A DNA stretch of 64,000 nucleotides from an uncultured Chloroflexia bacterium (lineage in GTDB: Bacteria; Chloroflexota; Dehalococcoidia; GIF9; UBA5629), in assembly GCA_963705905.1 (NCBI GenBank), contig OY970123.1, positions 275,051 through 339,050 on the forward strand, written 5' to 3'. Shown piece by piece: positions 26,280-36,434 of the stretch. A model generated the notes under the pieces. The model did no database searches. It saw only the letters and a program-made list of their open reading frames with translations, and was not told where the DNA came from. Position 1 is the first letter of the stretch. Each line of letters starts with the position of its first letter. Both the position numbers and the translations under genes were made by a program.

Positions 26280-26903
26280 TTAATGCAGATCCATCACGGC
26301 AACAATAGCCGGAGGTAGCTGCCTCTGAATGGTAAGGCTGGACCCTACTGATGGTTTAACCTGAATGTTAAACTGGTCATTGGATGTCAGGTTTTCAGAC
26401 ATGACCTGCGAATAGCCGAGATCGTTGAGGTTGATGGTGATTTCGAACTGCAGGCCGGGGTCCAACAGGTTACTGGTATTGTCAGTGCCGAGAGCGACTT
26501 TGGACCATTTTACAGTATTGAAGTAGTCATATTTGGTCGTCAGGCTCATGACGGTTTTGTTTTGAGAACTAGTTGTGCCGTCGCACTCGGTCATGTCGAC
26601 AGGGTTGTCCGACATGGTGGCATTCCGCAAAGTGAATTTTATTGTCGTGAGAGATTGGCTAACATTATCTCCCAAACCTATTACAGACCCCGATAGCTCC
26701 ATTGCGCTCTTGGCTTCCGTGATACCGGCATAAATCGTTTCCTTAGCCCTTTCGGAAGAAAACAGGCCTGCGCTGAGGACGGCATAGCCAAAAACCGCGG
26801 CCACAGTTACAAAGGCAATGAGGATAATGGCGGTTTCCAACCCCGTCATGCCCTTTTCCCCCTTGTGCATGTTGGATAGAGTTTCTATAAACTTGTTAAA
26901 CAT
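26280..26903 (-). CDS. Archaellin (archaeal-type flagellin), second paralog
   Basis: EKG|MTGLETAIILIAFVTVAAVFGYAVLSAGLFS; colinear with 25396-26013; start re-called to ATG 26903 after GGAGGG. Confidence 0.9.
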   Translation of the reverse strand: MFNKFIETLSNMHKGEKGMTGLETAIILIAFVTVAAVFGYAVLSAGLFSSERAKETIYAGITEAKSAMELSGSVIGLGDNVSQSLTTIKFTLRNATMSDNPVDMTECDGTTSSQNKTVMSLTTKYDYFNTVKWSKVALGTDNTSNLLDPGLQFEITINLNDLGYSQVMSENLTSNDQFNIQVKPSVGSSLTIQRQLPPAIVAVMDLH

Positions 26904-26976
26904 TTTCCCTCCGTTTGCGTGTCCGGTCCCAAATGAAAATACCATAGCTTGTCCAATCGACTGCCTTCAATTATAT

Positions 26977-27148
26977 CTGTGCACACTCAATAATCAATGA
27001 CCTATCCGTACTGATCGGCCCCGTACTTTAGTCCCTGTGCACACTCTAGAGCGTCTATTTCTACGCATTTCGGCTTAGTGCAAGAGGGTATATATGCGCT
27101 TTTGTGCACATGCATATTAGGTCTCATAACGGATGGCGCTGTGCATCA
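26977..27148. promoter_or_regulatory. Repeated palindromic TGTGCACA boxes
   Basis: TGTGCACA at 26978, 27036 and 27103 (first two within identical CTGTGCACACTC) and variant TGTGCATC at 27140. Confidence 0.6.
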
Positions 27149-27207
27149 TGCATGTTAAATTAAGGCATACGAACAAAAAGGGAAAATCAATAAAGGAGGA
27201 AAAGACA

Positions 27208-27546
27208 ATGGCGGCAATAAAGATTGAAAACAGAAAGGTAAATGGGGTTGAGGAAGAGGCGAGGTTAAACTTCTGGGCAGGCAAGCAGACATGCTGGGGT
27301 ACATGCCATTGTCCCGACATGATAAAAGCCGAGTGCCCCGCTACCAAATACCAGTTCCTGCCCTGCTGGGAGATTGAAGGGACTTACTGCAAATTGGATG
27401 ACAGGGGAGCGACGGGCAGGGATACGAGCATTTGCGAAGTGTGCCAGGTATACAAGAAATATGGGGATGGGAAACCGATAGCGTTGAAGCTGTTCGGCCG
27501 CGGCCTGGACACCGCGCTGAAAGACCTGGAAAAAGTGACGCAGTAA
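27208..27546 (+). CDS. Small Cys-rich 'two-CW'-type putative metal-binding protein
   Basis: TCWGTCHC...ECPA...PCWEIEGTYC...ICEVCQVY (8 Cys, two CW dipeptides); ATG 27208 after AGGAGG. Confidence 0.7.
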   Translation: MAAIKIENRKVNGVEEEARLNFWAGKQTCWGTCHCPDMIKAECPATKYQFLPCWEIEGTYCKLDDRGATGRDTSICEVCQVYKKYGDGKPIALKLFGRGLDTALKDLEKVTQ

Positions 27547-27577
27547 CATTTAATAACGAAGAAAGTACTCACTGAAT

Positions 27578-27612
27578 AAAAAGGGCTGGAGTGACGCACC
27601 AGCCCTTTTTTT
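27578..27612 (+). terminator. Intrinsic terminator
   Basis: AAAAAGGGCTGG...CCAGCCCTTTTTTT. Confidence 0.8.
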
Positions 27613-27691
27613 ATGCGTTTGAGACCGAAAGCCTAAATGCGCCCCACGCTAAACGTTTTAGAATCCATCCCCTGTGAGATAGAATGAATAT

Positions 27692-29314
27692 ATGCGGTCT
27701 TTAAGGTCCATCAAGATTATCACTCTCATACTGGTTGCGGGTGTTGTGCTGAGCTGCTCGCCAAGGATTGCATCATCAAGTCAGTCTCCGGTCATGTCGT
27801 TCGATCCCAGGGGCTTGATAACAGTCGGCGATCCCGCTATACAAGCACGTTTAAAGGTGATTCTATCCGATAATACAGATATCAGGACGGATTTCAGGCG
27901 CATACAGGACTGGGTAGCTTCTTATGTGGTCTATGATCCTAATACTTCGACATACTGGCAATCGCCATCTGAGACCATTTATAAGAAAACAGGAGATTGC
28001 AAGGACTATTCCACTTTGCTATGTTCCCTCTGGCGCGCCGACGGCGTGCCCGCCTCTGACGTCTATGTAGCTATCGGGCAGAGCCGTGACAGCAAGCTTC
28101 ATGCATTCTTGATCGAGAGGTATTTGAATGGCAAGTGGCAGGTGATCGAGCCGCAGGTGGGCGGCTTTATAACCTCTGATTTGGGTGCTATAGATACTGC
28201 AGAGAAATATGCCATAACCTTTTTATTTAATGACGTGGAATATGTTAGTGACACAGTCTCGATTAATCAGATAATCCGGAGCTCAAGCACGGTTGCAGCA
28301 TCCCCGCCGGCTCAAGCTAAAAAGCCTCTGCCGGTTGTAAAATCCTTTACCGCCGATCCTCCCAGAATTTATTTAGGGAAATACACTACTTTGAGTTGGG
28401 TGGTCGATGGCGCTAACTACGTGGGGATAGATCAGGGCGTCGGGCACGTCGATCCCGTTGGCACTTCGGTTGTTTCGCCCAGGGATTCAACCCTTTATAA
28501 GCTGGTCGCGTCCAATTCCGGAGGTTCAATCACTGAAAATTTGACTGTCACGGTAATAGATTTGGATACAATGCAAAATTCACAACCCGCTCTGGTCATG
28601 CAGCAGGACGTGCAGCCGCCATTTTCTATCGGCTTCGACGGATGGTACCGCGAGGATGCGCCTGCCAGCACTGTAGATGTAGGACAACAGGTCAGTGCCA
28701 TAATCAATCTTAAAGGAGGGAGCCCGGGCCAATGCGTAGTGCGGATTTGGCGCTCAATAGAAACAGGCCATGATGAGGTAGCAGCGCAGTGGGGATTTAA
28801 ATATGATGGCGTCGAAGGCTCCGGGCAAATTTCTTTTGCGCCGTCTTATGCGATTGGTGAATCAGGCACACAAGGATACTACTTGGACTTGATGAAGGAT
28901 GGGGCGCAGGTATGGACAATGCCGGATGGCTACCCGCCACGTTTGACGGTAGCACCCAGGCCCGGATATGGAGAGCTTTCAGTGGGCTTTGCCGGCTGGC
29001 GCACGGGAGCCGATAATGTCTATACTGCAAAAAAAGGAGAGCCGGTAGCTACTGCAATCACCCTGAGCGGAGGAGACAGCGGACAATATACACTCAATGT
29101 AAGAAGGGACACGACAGGGCTAATGGACGATGCTATCCAACAGCTTACCTTTTATTATGACGGCAGCAGCGCCGTCCAGGGGCTAATGTTTATACCTCCC
29201 TACGCTACGGGGGAATCCAGCACCCGCGGGTATTACCTGGACCTTTATAAAGAAGGTAAGTTCATTTGGAGCCTCGGCGGCCCTTACCCGCCGAGATTAG
29301 CTGTCACGAAGTAA
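27692..29314 (+). CDS. Lipoprotein with a transglutaminase-like cysteine protease domain, an Ig-like module and two tandem C-terminal repeats
   Basis: Lipobox VLSC; YWQSPSET...GDCKDYS...HAFL...WQVIEPQ; two ~113-aa repeats each ending GYYLDL.K.G..W...YPPRL.V. Confidence 0.8.
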   Translation: MRSLRSIKIITLILVAGVVLSCSPRIASSSQSPVMSFDPRGLITVGDPAIQARLKVILSDNTDIRTDFRRIQDWVASYVVYDPNTSTYWQSPSETIYKKTGDCKDYSTLLCSLWRADGVPASDVYVAIGQSRDSKLHAFLIERYLNGKWQVIEPQVGGFITSDLGAIDTAEKYAITFLFNDVEYVSDTVSINQIIRSSSTVAASPPAQAKKPLPVVKSFTADPPRIYLGKYTTLSWVVDGANYVGIDQGVGHVDPVGTSVVSPRDSTLYKLVASNSGGSITENLTVTVIDLDTMQNSQPALVMQQDVQPPFSIGFDGWYREDAPASTVDVGQQVSAIINLKGGSPGQCVVRIWRSIETGHDEVAAQWGFKYDGVEGSGQISFAPSYAIGESGTQGYYLDLMKDGAQVWTMPDGYPPRLTVAPRPGYGELSVGFAGWRTGADNVYTAKKGEPVATAITLSGGDSGQYTLNVRRDTTGLMDDAIQQLTFYYDGSSAVQGLMFIPPYATGESSTRGYYLDLYKEGKFIWSLGGPYPPRLAVTK

Positions 29315-29383
29315 AACCTGAATCCATGTCTGAGAATATTGATCTAACACCCTGGTTAATCAGAGTAAAAACATCATAATAGG

Positions 29384-29587
29384 CTAGGCTTGCAGGATCG
29401 GGCAAAGATCACCTACTCTTTTGAATGCTTTCCAGGACGACTTCAAAGTATTCAACTTTCTCTTTTTGAGCATGTCCTCGATCTTTTTCTTGATGTCCAT
29501 TGACTTGTTGGCTACCTTGCTGGGCTCCTCATCCGGAAGGGTAATACGTACAGCAATGTGAACGTCATTTGGCCTTGCATGTGTCAT
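29384..29587 (-). CDS. Hypothetical basic 67-aa protein
   Basis: Strong RBS AAGGAGGT upstream; co-oriented 32 nt after glpX. Confidence 0.5.
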   Translation of the reverse strand: MTHARPNDVHIAVRITLPDEEPSKVANKSMDIKKKIEDMLKKRKLNTLKSSWKAFKRVGDLCPILQA

Positions 29588-29619
29588 GTTGGCTGACCTC
29601 CTTTCTTGACCTGCCTGTT

Positions 29620-30627
29620 TTAGTGGATCTCGAAGAAACTTAGCTTATCAAGCCTCTCGAAATTGTGGCGGGAATCGATCCAGCGAACGGTGCCTGAGCG
29701 GCCGCGCATCTCGATAGATTCGGTAAAAGCCCCGCCTCCGAAATAGCGTACCCCCTTTAGCAGCTCGCCGCTACTTACACCTGTGGCCGCAAAAAATACG
29801 TCATCACTGCTTATAAGGTCTTCGGTCTTGTAAACCATATCTATATCGACGCCTGCTGCTACGCAGCTTTTTCTCTCTCTGTCGTCACGAGGCCAGGCTT
29901 TAGCCTGAATGCCGCCACCTATGCAGCGTATAGCTGCGGCCGATAGTACCCCTTCGGGTGTGCCGCCGATGCCCATCAACACGTCGACTTCTCTCTCGGG
30001 CAAGGCTGCCTCGATGCTGGCAGCCACATCGCCGTCGGTAATCAATTTGATCCTGGCGCCCACTCTCCTGATCTCTTCCAGAAGTTCTTCGTGGCGTGGC
30101 CTGTCCAGGACCACGACTGTGACTTCGGATATCCTCTTTTTCTTAGCGTCAGCTATATTTTTCAGATTTTCTTCCACTGAGGCATTTATATTGATGCGGT
30201 CTTTAGCCTCGGGTCCGGTGGCGATCTTTTTCATATAATAAAATTCTCTGGGGAAATGCATGGTACCCCTGGCTGAGAGAGCTACCACGGCAATGGCGCC
30301 CGGCAGGCCCCTGGCAACCAGTCTTGTACCGTCGACGGGGTCAACAGCGATATCAACCTTCAATTCGGAGCCGTCTCCTATGTGCTCCCCTATATACAGC
30401 ATGGGAGCATGATCTTTTTCGCCTTCCCCGATGACTACGATCCCGTCCATACGTACATAGCCCAGCGTGTAACGCATTGCGGTTACCGCCGCCTGGTCCA
30501 CCAGGTTTTTATCACCCCTGCCCAGAAAGCGGGCCGCGCCCAAGGCCGCCGCTTCGGTAACGCGCACCAACTCCATGGCTATATTACGTTCGATAGGTCG
30601 CTCAAAACGGTCGTTTTCTGTATCCAT
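29620..30627 (-). CDS. glpX: Fructose-1,6-bisphosphatase class II
   Basis: ELVRVTEAAAL, VVIGEGEKD.APML, DPVDGT, LDRPRH, DGDV, GGTPEGV, FAATGV. Confidence 0.95.
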   Translation of the reverse strand: MDTENDRFERPIERNIAMELVRVTEAAALGAARFLGRGDKNLVDQAAVTAMRYTLGYVRMDGIVVIGEGEKDHAPMLYIGEHIGDGSELKVDIAVDPVDGTRLVARGLPGAIAVVALSARGTMHFPREFYYMKKIATGPEAKDRININASVEENLKNIADAKKKRISEVTVVVLDRPRHEELLEEIRRVGARIKLITDGDVAASIEAALPEREVDVLMGIGGTPEGVLSAAAIRCIGGGIQAKAWPRDDRERKSCVAAGVDIDMVYKTEDLISSDDVFFAATGVSSGELLKGVRYFGGGAFTESIEMRGRSGTVRWIDSRHNFERLDKLSFFEIH

Positions 30628-30767
30628 TACTCAACCTCATCCCTATAAATAGAAACGTATTGTCTTTATTTCTGCAGACGACGGTTAGATAACATTATTG
30701 CACCTCTATCTGGGTGATGCAAAAAGATAGGTAGCAACTGAAGGTTTGATTGTAATTGTCAGGCGGG

Positions 30768-31160
30768 TTAACTTTTTGCCGATTCGTCACGTTCTTTAAA
30801 GACCTCTTTCGCTGCAAACAATCCATTAAGCGCTGCCGGAAATCCAGCGTAGACCGCCATTTGCATGATGATTTCGACAACTTCTTGTCGGCTGCAGCCA
30901 ACGTTTAGCGCTCCATGAATGTGAACCTTCAATTGAGGGGCTGCATTTCCAAGAGCTGTAAGCGCTGCAACTACGGCTACTTCGCGTGACTTGAGATCAA
31001 GGCCTGGGCGAGAGTAAATATCTCCAAATGGAAACTCAATCAAGTAACGGGCAAAGTCGGGGGCGATATCCCGTAAGCTTTGGATAACGCGTTCTCCGGC
31101 TTCTCCATCAACTTCTTTAAGCTTTTCCCAGCCACGTTGATAACGATCTTGATTTGTCAT
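30768..31160 (-). CDS. Carboxymuconolactone decarboxylase family protein
   Basis: [18 protein letters not shown]...[13 protein letters not shown]...YAGFPAALN. Confidence 0.9.
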   Translation of the reverse strand: MTNQDRYQRGWEKLKEVDGEAGERVIQSLRDIAPDFARYLIEFPFGDIYSRPGLDLKSREVAVVAALTALGNAAPQLKVHIHGALNVGCSRQEVVEIIMQMAVYAGFPAALNGLFAAKEVFKERDESAKS

Positions 31161-31405
31161 TTCTTTCCTCCAAACGACCGCACGATCCAGGGTAACGTTT
31201 ATTAGGGGTCTTCCACTTATATAGTAATTTTATTTCGGAAGGGTAAGAATTACCATAAGAAAATTGACAGGCTATTATGCTTCGCTTCTGGACATCCTGC
31301 CTGCGTATACCCCACACACAGTTTGCCGGATTAGTTTAACTACGCTAAATCTATGGGCCGGCGGGTTTGCCTTTTAGGCAGAATTAAGCCCAAATTTCAT
31401 ACTTA

Positions 31406-31482
31406 TGGTCGGGGTGGTCGGATTTGAACCGACGACCACCTGAACCCCATTCAGGTGCGCTACCAGGCTGCGCTACACCCCG
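31406..31482 (-). tRNA. tRNA-Pro(GGG)
   Basis: Reverse complement CGGGGTGTAGCGCAGCCTGGTAGCGCA-CCTGA-ATGGGGT-TCAGG...GGTTCAAATCC...CCCCGACCA. Confidence 0.96.
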
Positions 31483-31575
31483 GTGTCTATAAGGCGAAAA
31501 TATGTTATCATATTGAGCGATTGCGGGCAATGTGAGTTGCCTCAATTTTTATTTTATTCACGAGAGGTTTCTGAA

Positions 31576-32856
31576 TTGGCTGGAAAACATCGCAAAGAAA
31601 AAATTGAAAGGGCCCCCACCAAACACCAGATTTCAAAATGGAAGAAACAGGAAAGATTATCCCGTATCATCATGATTTGTACTGTGGTTGTGGTTGTAGC
31701 TATCGCCGGCATCATTGGATACGGTATCTATAGCGAGCAGGTATTACCTTACTCCAAAACTATACTGAAAGTTAACGATGTTTCCTTCAATATGGACTAT
31801 TACATCAAAACGATGGATATACTCACCACGCAAGCCACCACTGATATGCTTCAATACTATGTCGACACTACGGCTACTGCGATAGCGCAGAGCGAGGTGC
31901 TCAAGGAGAAAGCGGCAGCGGAAAACTTAACGGCAAGCGATGACGAGATCAATAAAGCATTCACTCAGATGAATGTTCCCAATAGTGATGCTGCAATGGA
32001 TATGGCAAGAGCCAGAGTGTATACCACCGAGTATTACCAGCAGCAATGCCTTCCAAAGCAACCGCAAACTGCGGAACAAGTTGAAGTTGAAGCTATGTTT
32101 CTTGAGACAAAAACCATGGCATTGGACCGCCAGCAAAAATTATCATCAGGACTGGGCGACAATTTTACTCAGACGGCTTCCAAGCTCTCAATCGATCCGA
32201 CCACACAGGGTAGTAAAGGATACCTCGGTTGGATAGCCAAAGATTATGAGAGTTATGGGTTGGGGAATCTGAAGGAAGCGTCTTTTAAAGATGTTATCTT
32301 TACTCTGGAACCCGGTAAGCTCAGCGACCCCATATATGATGATAATATCTCCAAACCATTCGGCTATTGGATACTCCAGGTAATCGAAAAAGACGATACC
32401 AAGGGCTATCATGTCAACGGTATGTTGCTTCCAGCCAGCGATCTGGCCGATGACATTCATACAAGATTACTCAACGGCGAAAGCTGGGCTTCGCTTGCGA
32501 AGCAATATTCACAGGATGCCAGCAAGGATAACGGCGGCGATATGGGCTGGATTGCTCCCGCACAGACCAGCAATCACGGTATGCTGGATCGCATTTTACC
32601 AACACTCGCTGCAGGTAAGATCAGCGATGTAATACGGGACACAACCATTTCCACTAAAGGTGGTTACTGGCTGGTGGAGGTGTTGAATAAGAGTGCCGAC
32701 CGTCCTTTGGATGATACGGTGCGCCAGGCGTTGGCAGGGGACTGTCTCAATGCCTGGATGCAGGGCCTTATGAGCGATGCCAAGATAGAGAATCTACTTG
32801 ACCAGACGCAGAAAGACTTCGCAGTAGCCAAGATTACCAAGGAGAGGGGTAAATAG
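31576..32856 (+). CDS. Membrane-anchored parvulin-type peptidyl-prolyl isomerase (PrsA/SurA-like, two rotamase domains)
   Basis: N-terminal TM; ASKLSID...KGYLGW...LSDPI...GYW and LAKQYSQD.SKDNGGDMGW; TTG start after GAGAGG. Confidence 0.85.
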   Translation: MAGKHRKEKIERAPTKHQISKWKKQERLSRIIMICTVVVVVAIAGIIGYGIYSEQVLPYSKTILKVNDVSFNMDYYIKTMDILTTQATTDMLQYYVDTTATAIAQSEVLKEKAAAENLTASDDEINKAFTQMNVPNSDAAMDMARARVYTTEYYQQQCLPKQPQTAEQVEVEAMFLETKTMALDRQQKLSSGLGDNFTQTASKLSIDPTTQGSKGYLGWIAKDYESYGLGNLKEASFKDVIFTLEPGKLSDPIYDDNISKPFGYWILQVIEKDDTKGYHVNGMLLPASDLADDIHTRLLNGESWASLAKQYSQDASKDNGGDMGWIAPAQTSNHGMLDRILPTLAAGKISDVIRDTTISTKGGYWLVEVLNKSADRPLDDTVRQALAGDCLNAWMQGLMSDAKIENLLDQTQKDFAVAKITKERGK

Positions 32857-32859
32857 GTT

Positions 32860-34161
32860 TTGGTTAAAAAAGGGACTATCAACATAGCTTTGCTGGGAAT
32901 AGGCACAATAGGAAGCGGCGTGGCCAGAGCGCTCTCGGCTAAAAAGAAAACACTTGCGCGCCAGGCCGGCAGTCCGCTGGTTCTCAAGCTGGTGGTTGAA
33001 AAAGATAGTGCGAGGCACGGCGCCCTTGGTCTCGATCCGGAGATATTTACCACCAACTACAAAAAAGCGATTAATAATGATGAAATCGATATCGTTATCG
33101 AATTGATCGGTGGCGAATACCCGGCCTACGACTATATCAAAGAAGCACTGTCAAAAGGAAAACATGTTGTAACGGCTAACAAAGAGGTCATGGCAAAACA
33201 TGGCACCGAGTTGCTCTCCATCGCTCAAAAGAACCATGCTGGACTGCGGTTTGAAGCCAGTGTTGGGGGTGGTATACCGCTCATCTCACCTTTTCAACGT
33301 GACCTGGTGGCCAACGATATTCAGGCTATATACGCTATAGTCAACGGCACCACCAATTTTATCCTCAGCAAGATGGCACATGACAAGATCGATTTCAGCC
33401 TGGCCTTGAAGCAGGCGCAGAAACTGGGATATGCCGAGGCAGACCCGGCCAACGATATAGGCGGTCTGGATGCCGCCTATAAGCTTGCCATACTCACGTC
33501 GCTGGCATTCGATATGGACGTAAATTTTGACGAAATCTATTTCGAAGGCATAGCCAAACTAAAATCCCGCGATTTTCGTTACGCCGCAGAATTTGGCTAT
33601 GCTATAAAGCTACTGGCTATAGCCAAACGGTCCAACAGTTTGGTAGAGGCCAGGGTGCACCCGGTGCTTATTCCCGCCGAATCGCTGCTAGCCAAGGTGG
33701 ATGGCGTTTACAATGCGATTTATGTTAATGGCGATCTTGTTGGCAATGTGCTTTTCTACGGGCAAGGGGCCGGGCCTTCGGCTACTTCCAGCGCAGTGAT
33801 TGCCGATGTCATAAATATAGCGCAGAATATTAATACGCGGCGGGATAACGCTCCCAGGTTTGTCCCCGAGAAAACTTCGGGAATTAAGCCTATGGAGGAT
33901 ATCGAGACACGTTACTATTTTAGGATGAGCGTGCTTGATGAGGCCGGCGTGCTGGCGCAGATATCCAGTGTGATGGGCAGCCAGTCCATAAGCATTTCCT
34001 CGGTCATGCAGCAGGAGACGGACCCGTCCAACAAGACGGCCGAAATAGTCATAATGACCCATAAAGCACGTGAAAGTGCAGTGCAAAAAGCCGTCAAGAT
34101 GCTAAACAAATTGAAGGTAGTCAGAGAAATCAGCAATTTTATCAGGATTGAGGCAATTTAG
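32860..34161 (+). CDS. hom: Homoserine dehydrogenase
   Basis: [40 protein letters not shown]-terminal ACT domain. Confidence 0.95.
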   Translation: MVKKGTINIALLGIGTIGSGVARALSAKKKTLARQAGSPLVLKLVVEKDSARHGALGLDPEIFTTNYKKAINNDEIDIVIELIGGEYPAYDYIKEALSKGKHVVTANKEVMAKHGTELLSIAQKNHAGLRFEASVGGGIPLISPFQRDLVANDIQAIYAIVNGTTNFILSKMAHDKIDFSLALKQAQKLGYAEADPANDIGGLDAAYKLAILTSLAFDMDVNFDEIYFEGIAKLKSRDFRYAAEFGYAIKLLAIAKRSNSLVEARVHPVLIPAESLLAKVDGVYNAIYVNGDLVGNVLFYGQGAGPSATSSAVIADVINIAQNINTRRDNAPRFVPEKTSGIKPMEDIETRYYFRMSVLDEAGVLAQISSVMGSQSISISSVMQQETDPSNKTAEIVIMTHKARESAVQKAVKMLNKLKVVREISNFIRIEAI

Positions 34162-34163
34162 AT

Positions 34164-35219
34164 ATGATTCGAGGAGTTCTACAGCGTCACAAGGAGTACC
34201 TGCCCATCACTTCTAAGACACCCATGATCTCATTGGGAGAGGGTGATACTCCGCTTGTAAAATCGGTAAACCTGGCCAGGGAATTGGGTGTGGGTGAGCT
34301 TTACTTCAAGCTTGAGGGCTGTAATCCCACTGGCTCGTTTAAGGACCGGGGTATGGTTATGGCCGTGGCCAAAGCCATTGAAGAAGGTAGCAAACAGGCC
34401 ATCTGCGCTTCGACCGGCAATACCAGCGCATCGGCTGCTGCCTATGGAGCCCGCTTCGGACTCAAGGTTATTATCCTGGTGCCCAAGGGAAAGATAGCAG
34501 TAGGCAAAATGGCCCAGGCGATCGCGTATGGGGCGGAAATAATATCCGTAGAAGGCAATTTTGACCAGGCGCTTAAAGTCACCCGCATTCTGGCCGATAA
34601 ATATCCCATAACCCTTGTGAATTCACTCAACCCTTTCCGCATCGAAGGGCAGAAGACATCCTCCTTCGAAATAATCGATGATTTGGGCAGCGTTCCTGAT
34701 TACCTTTTCATACCAGTTGGCAATGCTGGCAACATAACTGCTTACTGGAAAGGTTTTAAGGAATGGAAGGCTAACGGCAAAGTTGATAGGACACCCATCA
34801 TGATGGGTTTTCAAGCAGCCGGGGCTGCTCCTATAGTCAACAACATGATTATCGAAAGTCCGCAGACCATTGCCACCGCCATACGTATTGGCAACCCGGC
34901 AAGCTGGAAGCAAGCGGTAGCAGCCAGGGACGAATCAGGTGGTGTCATCCAGGCCGTTATCGACGATGAAATACTGTCAGCCTATAAACTCATGGCATCC
35001 AAAGAAGGTGTATTCGGCGAGCCGGCATCGGCCGCACCTCTGGCAGGTCTGGTCAAATTGATAAAACAAGGCAAGAGTTTCAAAGGAAAGAAAATAGTCT
35101 GCATTGTTACCGGCAACGGTCTCAAGGACCCGGACATTCCTACCCGGTACGTGGAACCTTTCCCTGAGCTGCCGGCTGATCTGGAAGTGATAGAAAAACA
35201 CCTCGGCCTGAGAAAATAG
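34164..35219 (+). CDS. thrC: Threonine synthase
   Basis: [40 protein letters not shown]. Confidence 0.95.
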   Translation: MIRGVLQRHKEYLPITSKTPMISLGEGDTPLVKSVNLARELGVGELYFKLEGCNPTGSFKDRGMVMAVAKAIEEGSKQAICASTGNTSASAAAYGARFGLKVIILVPKGKIAVGKMAQAIAYGAEIISVEGNFDQALKVTRILADKYPITLVNSLNPFRIEGQKTSSFEIIDDLGSVPDYLFIPVGNAGNITAYWKGFKEWKANGKVDRTPIMMGFQAAGAAPIVNNMIIESPQTIATAIRIGNPASWKQAVAARDESGGVIQAVIDDEILSAYKLMASKEGVFGEPASAAPLAGLVKLIKQGKSFKGKKIVCIVTGNGLKDPDIPTRYVEPFPELPADLEVIEKHLGLRK

Positions 35220-35247
35220 ATTATCCTATTTGCAGAGGAGGACCGCT

Positions 35248-35826
35248 ATGTTGAAGGGTGTTGCGGAGAATGCGGGAGAATTCTATCAGCACTACCCCCG
35301 GGCCGCTACCATAGTGACTGTTAGCAGCAACGGCAGAAAGAATGCTATGGCAGTTGCCTGGCATTGCCCGGTTTCCTTTAAACCGGCGCTATATGGCATA
35401 GCAATAGCGCCGAAACGCCATACTTACCATATGATTAACGAGAGCCGGGAGTTTGCTGTCAACTTCATGCCTTATGAGAAGGCAGAAAACCTCGCCAGGG
35501 TAGGTGGCAGCAGCGGGAGCTATACCGACAAATTTACCGAGTTCAACCTGACGGAGGACCAGCCCGTTAAAACGGATGCGCCGATACTGAAAGATGCTTA
35601 CGCCGTATATGAATGCAAAGTTATCGATGATAGGCTTTTCGGCGACCATGCCTGGATCATCGGCGAGATAGTAGCTGTGCACGCAGCAAGTAATGTCTTC
35701 AAAGAAAACGGCATACTGGATCTTAACCTCATGAGACCAGCCCTTTATCTTGGCGGTGAGACTTACTGCACCGGGGATATAGAAAGCATTCAGGTTTTTG
35801 ACAGAGAGAAGTACGGTAAGCGCTGA
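35248..35826 (+). CDS. Flavin reductase family protein
   Basis: NAMAVAW...P...EFAVN...ECKV...GDH...GEIV; ATG after GAGGAGG. Confidence 0.85.
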   Translation: MLKGVAENAGEFYQHYPRAATIVTVSSNGRKNAMAVAWHCPVSFKPALYGIAIAPKRHTYHMINESREFAVNFMPYEKAENLARVGGSSGSYTDKFTEFNLTEDQPVKTDAPILKDAYAVYECKVIDDRLFGDHAWIIGEIVAVHAASNVFKENGILDLNLMRPALYLGGETYCTGDIESIQVFDREKYGKR

Positions 35827-35854
35827 TTCCAGCGATAGCAAACAGGCAATCATA

Positions 35855-36421
35855 ATGATAGACGCCGATAAAATCAAAAAAGCGGTACAAGAGATAATCA
35901 AAGCTATAGGAGATGACCCGAAGCGGGAAGGCCTGGTGGATACGCCGCAACGGTTGTCAGATATGTACGCGGAGCTCTTCTCCGGCATCAACATGGATGC
36001 AGGGGAGGTACTGTCAACCGGGTTTTCTGCCGGCCATCACGAGATGGTGATTGTAAGGGACATACCATTCTATTCTATGTGCGAGCATCACTTTCTTCCG
36101 TTTTACGGGGTAGTAGATATCGGCTATATACCCAACGCTAATGGATGGGTAGTAGGAGTAAGCAAGCTGGCCAGAGTGGTCGAGATATTTTCCAGGCGAC
36201 TGCAACTCCAGGAGAGGATGACCAAGCAGATCGCAGACGTAATTATGCAGTCACTGAAACCTGACGGTGTCGGAGTGGTCATTCAAGCTGAACACCTGTG
36301 CATGACAATGCGCGGCATTAAGAAACCTGGCAGCAATGTCGTTACTTCAGCTATGCGTGGTATCTTTGAAAAACGCGCCGTAACGCGAGCCGAGTTCCTT
36401 TCCCTGGTCCGGGGAAAATAG
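35855..36421 (+). CDS. folE: GTP cyclohydrolase I
   Basis: REGLVDTPQR, SMCEHHFLPF, GVSKLAR, LQLQER, HLCMTMRG. Confidence 0.95.
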   Translation: MIDADKIKKAVQEIIKAIGDDPKREGLVDTPQRLSDMYAELFSGINMDAGEVLSTGFSAGHHEMVIVRDIPFYSMCEHHFLPFYGVVDIGYIPNANGWVVGVSKLARVVEIFSRRLQLQERMTKQIADVIMQSLKPDGVGVVIQAEHLCMTMRGIKKPGSNVVTSAMRGIFEKRAVTRAEFLSLVRGK

Positions 36422-36434
36422 ATCCGGCGCACTT

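Noticed and set aside
30640-31405. Integron cassette or att-bounded islet carrying the CMD gene downstream of tRNA-Pro
   Set aside because: No convincing attC hairpin or tRNA-Pro 3'-end copy could be aligned.
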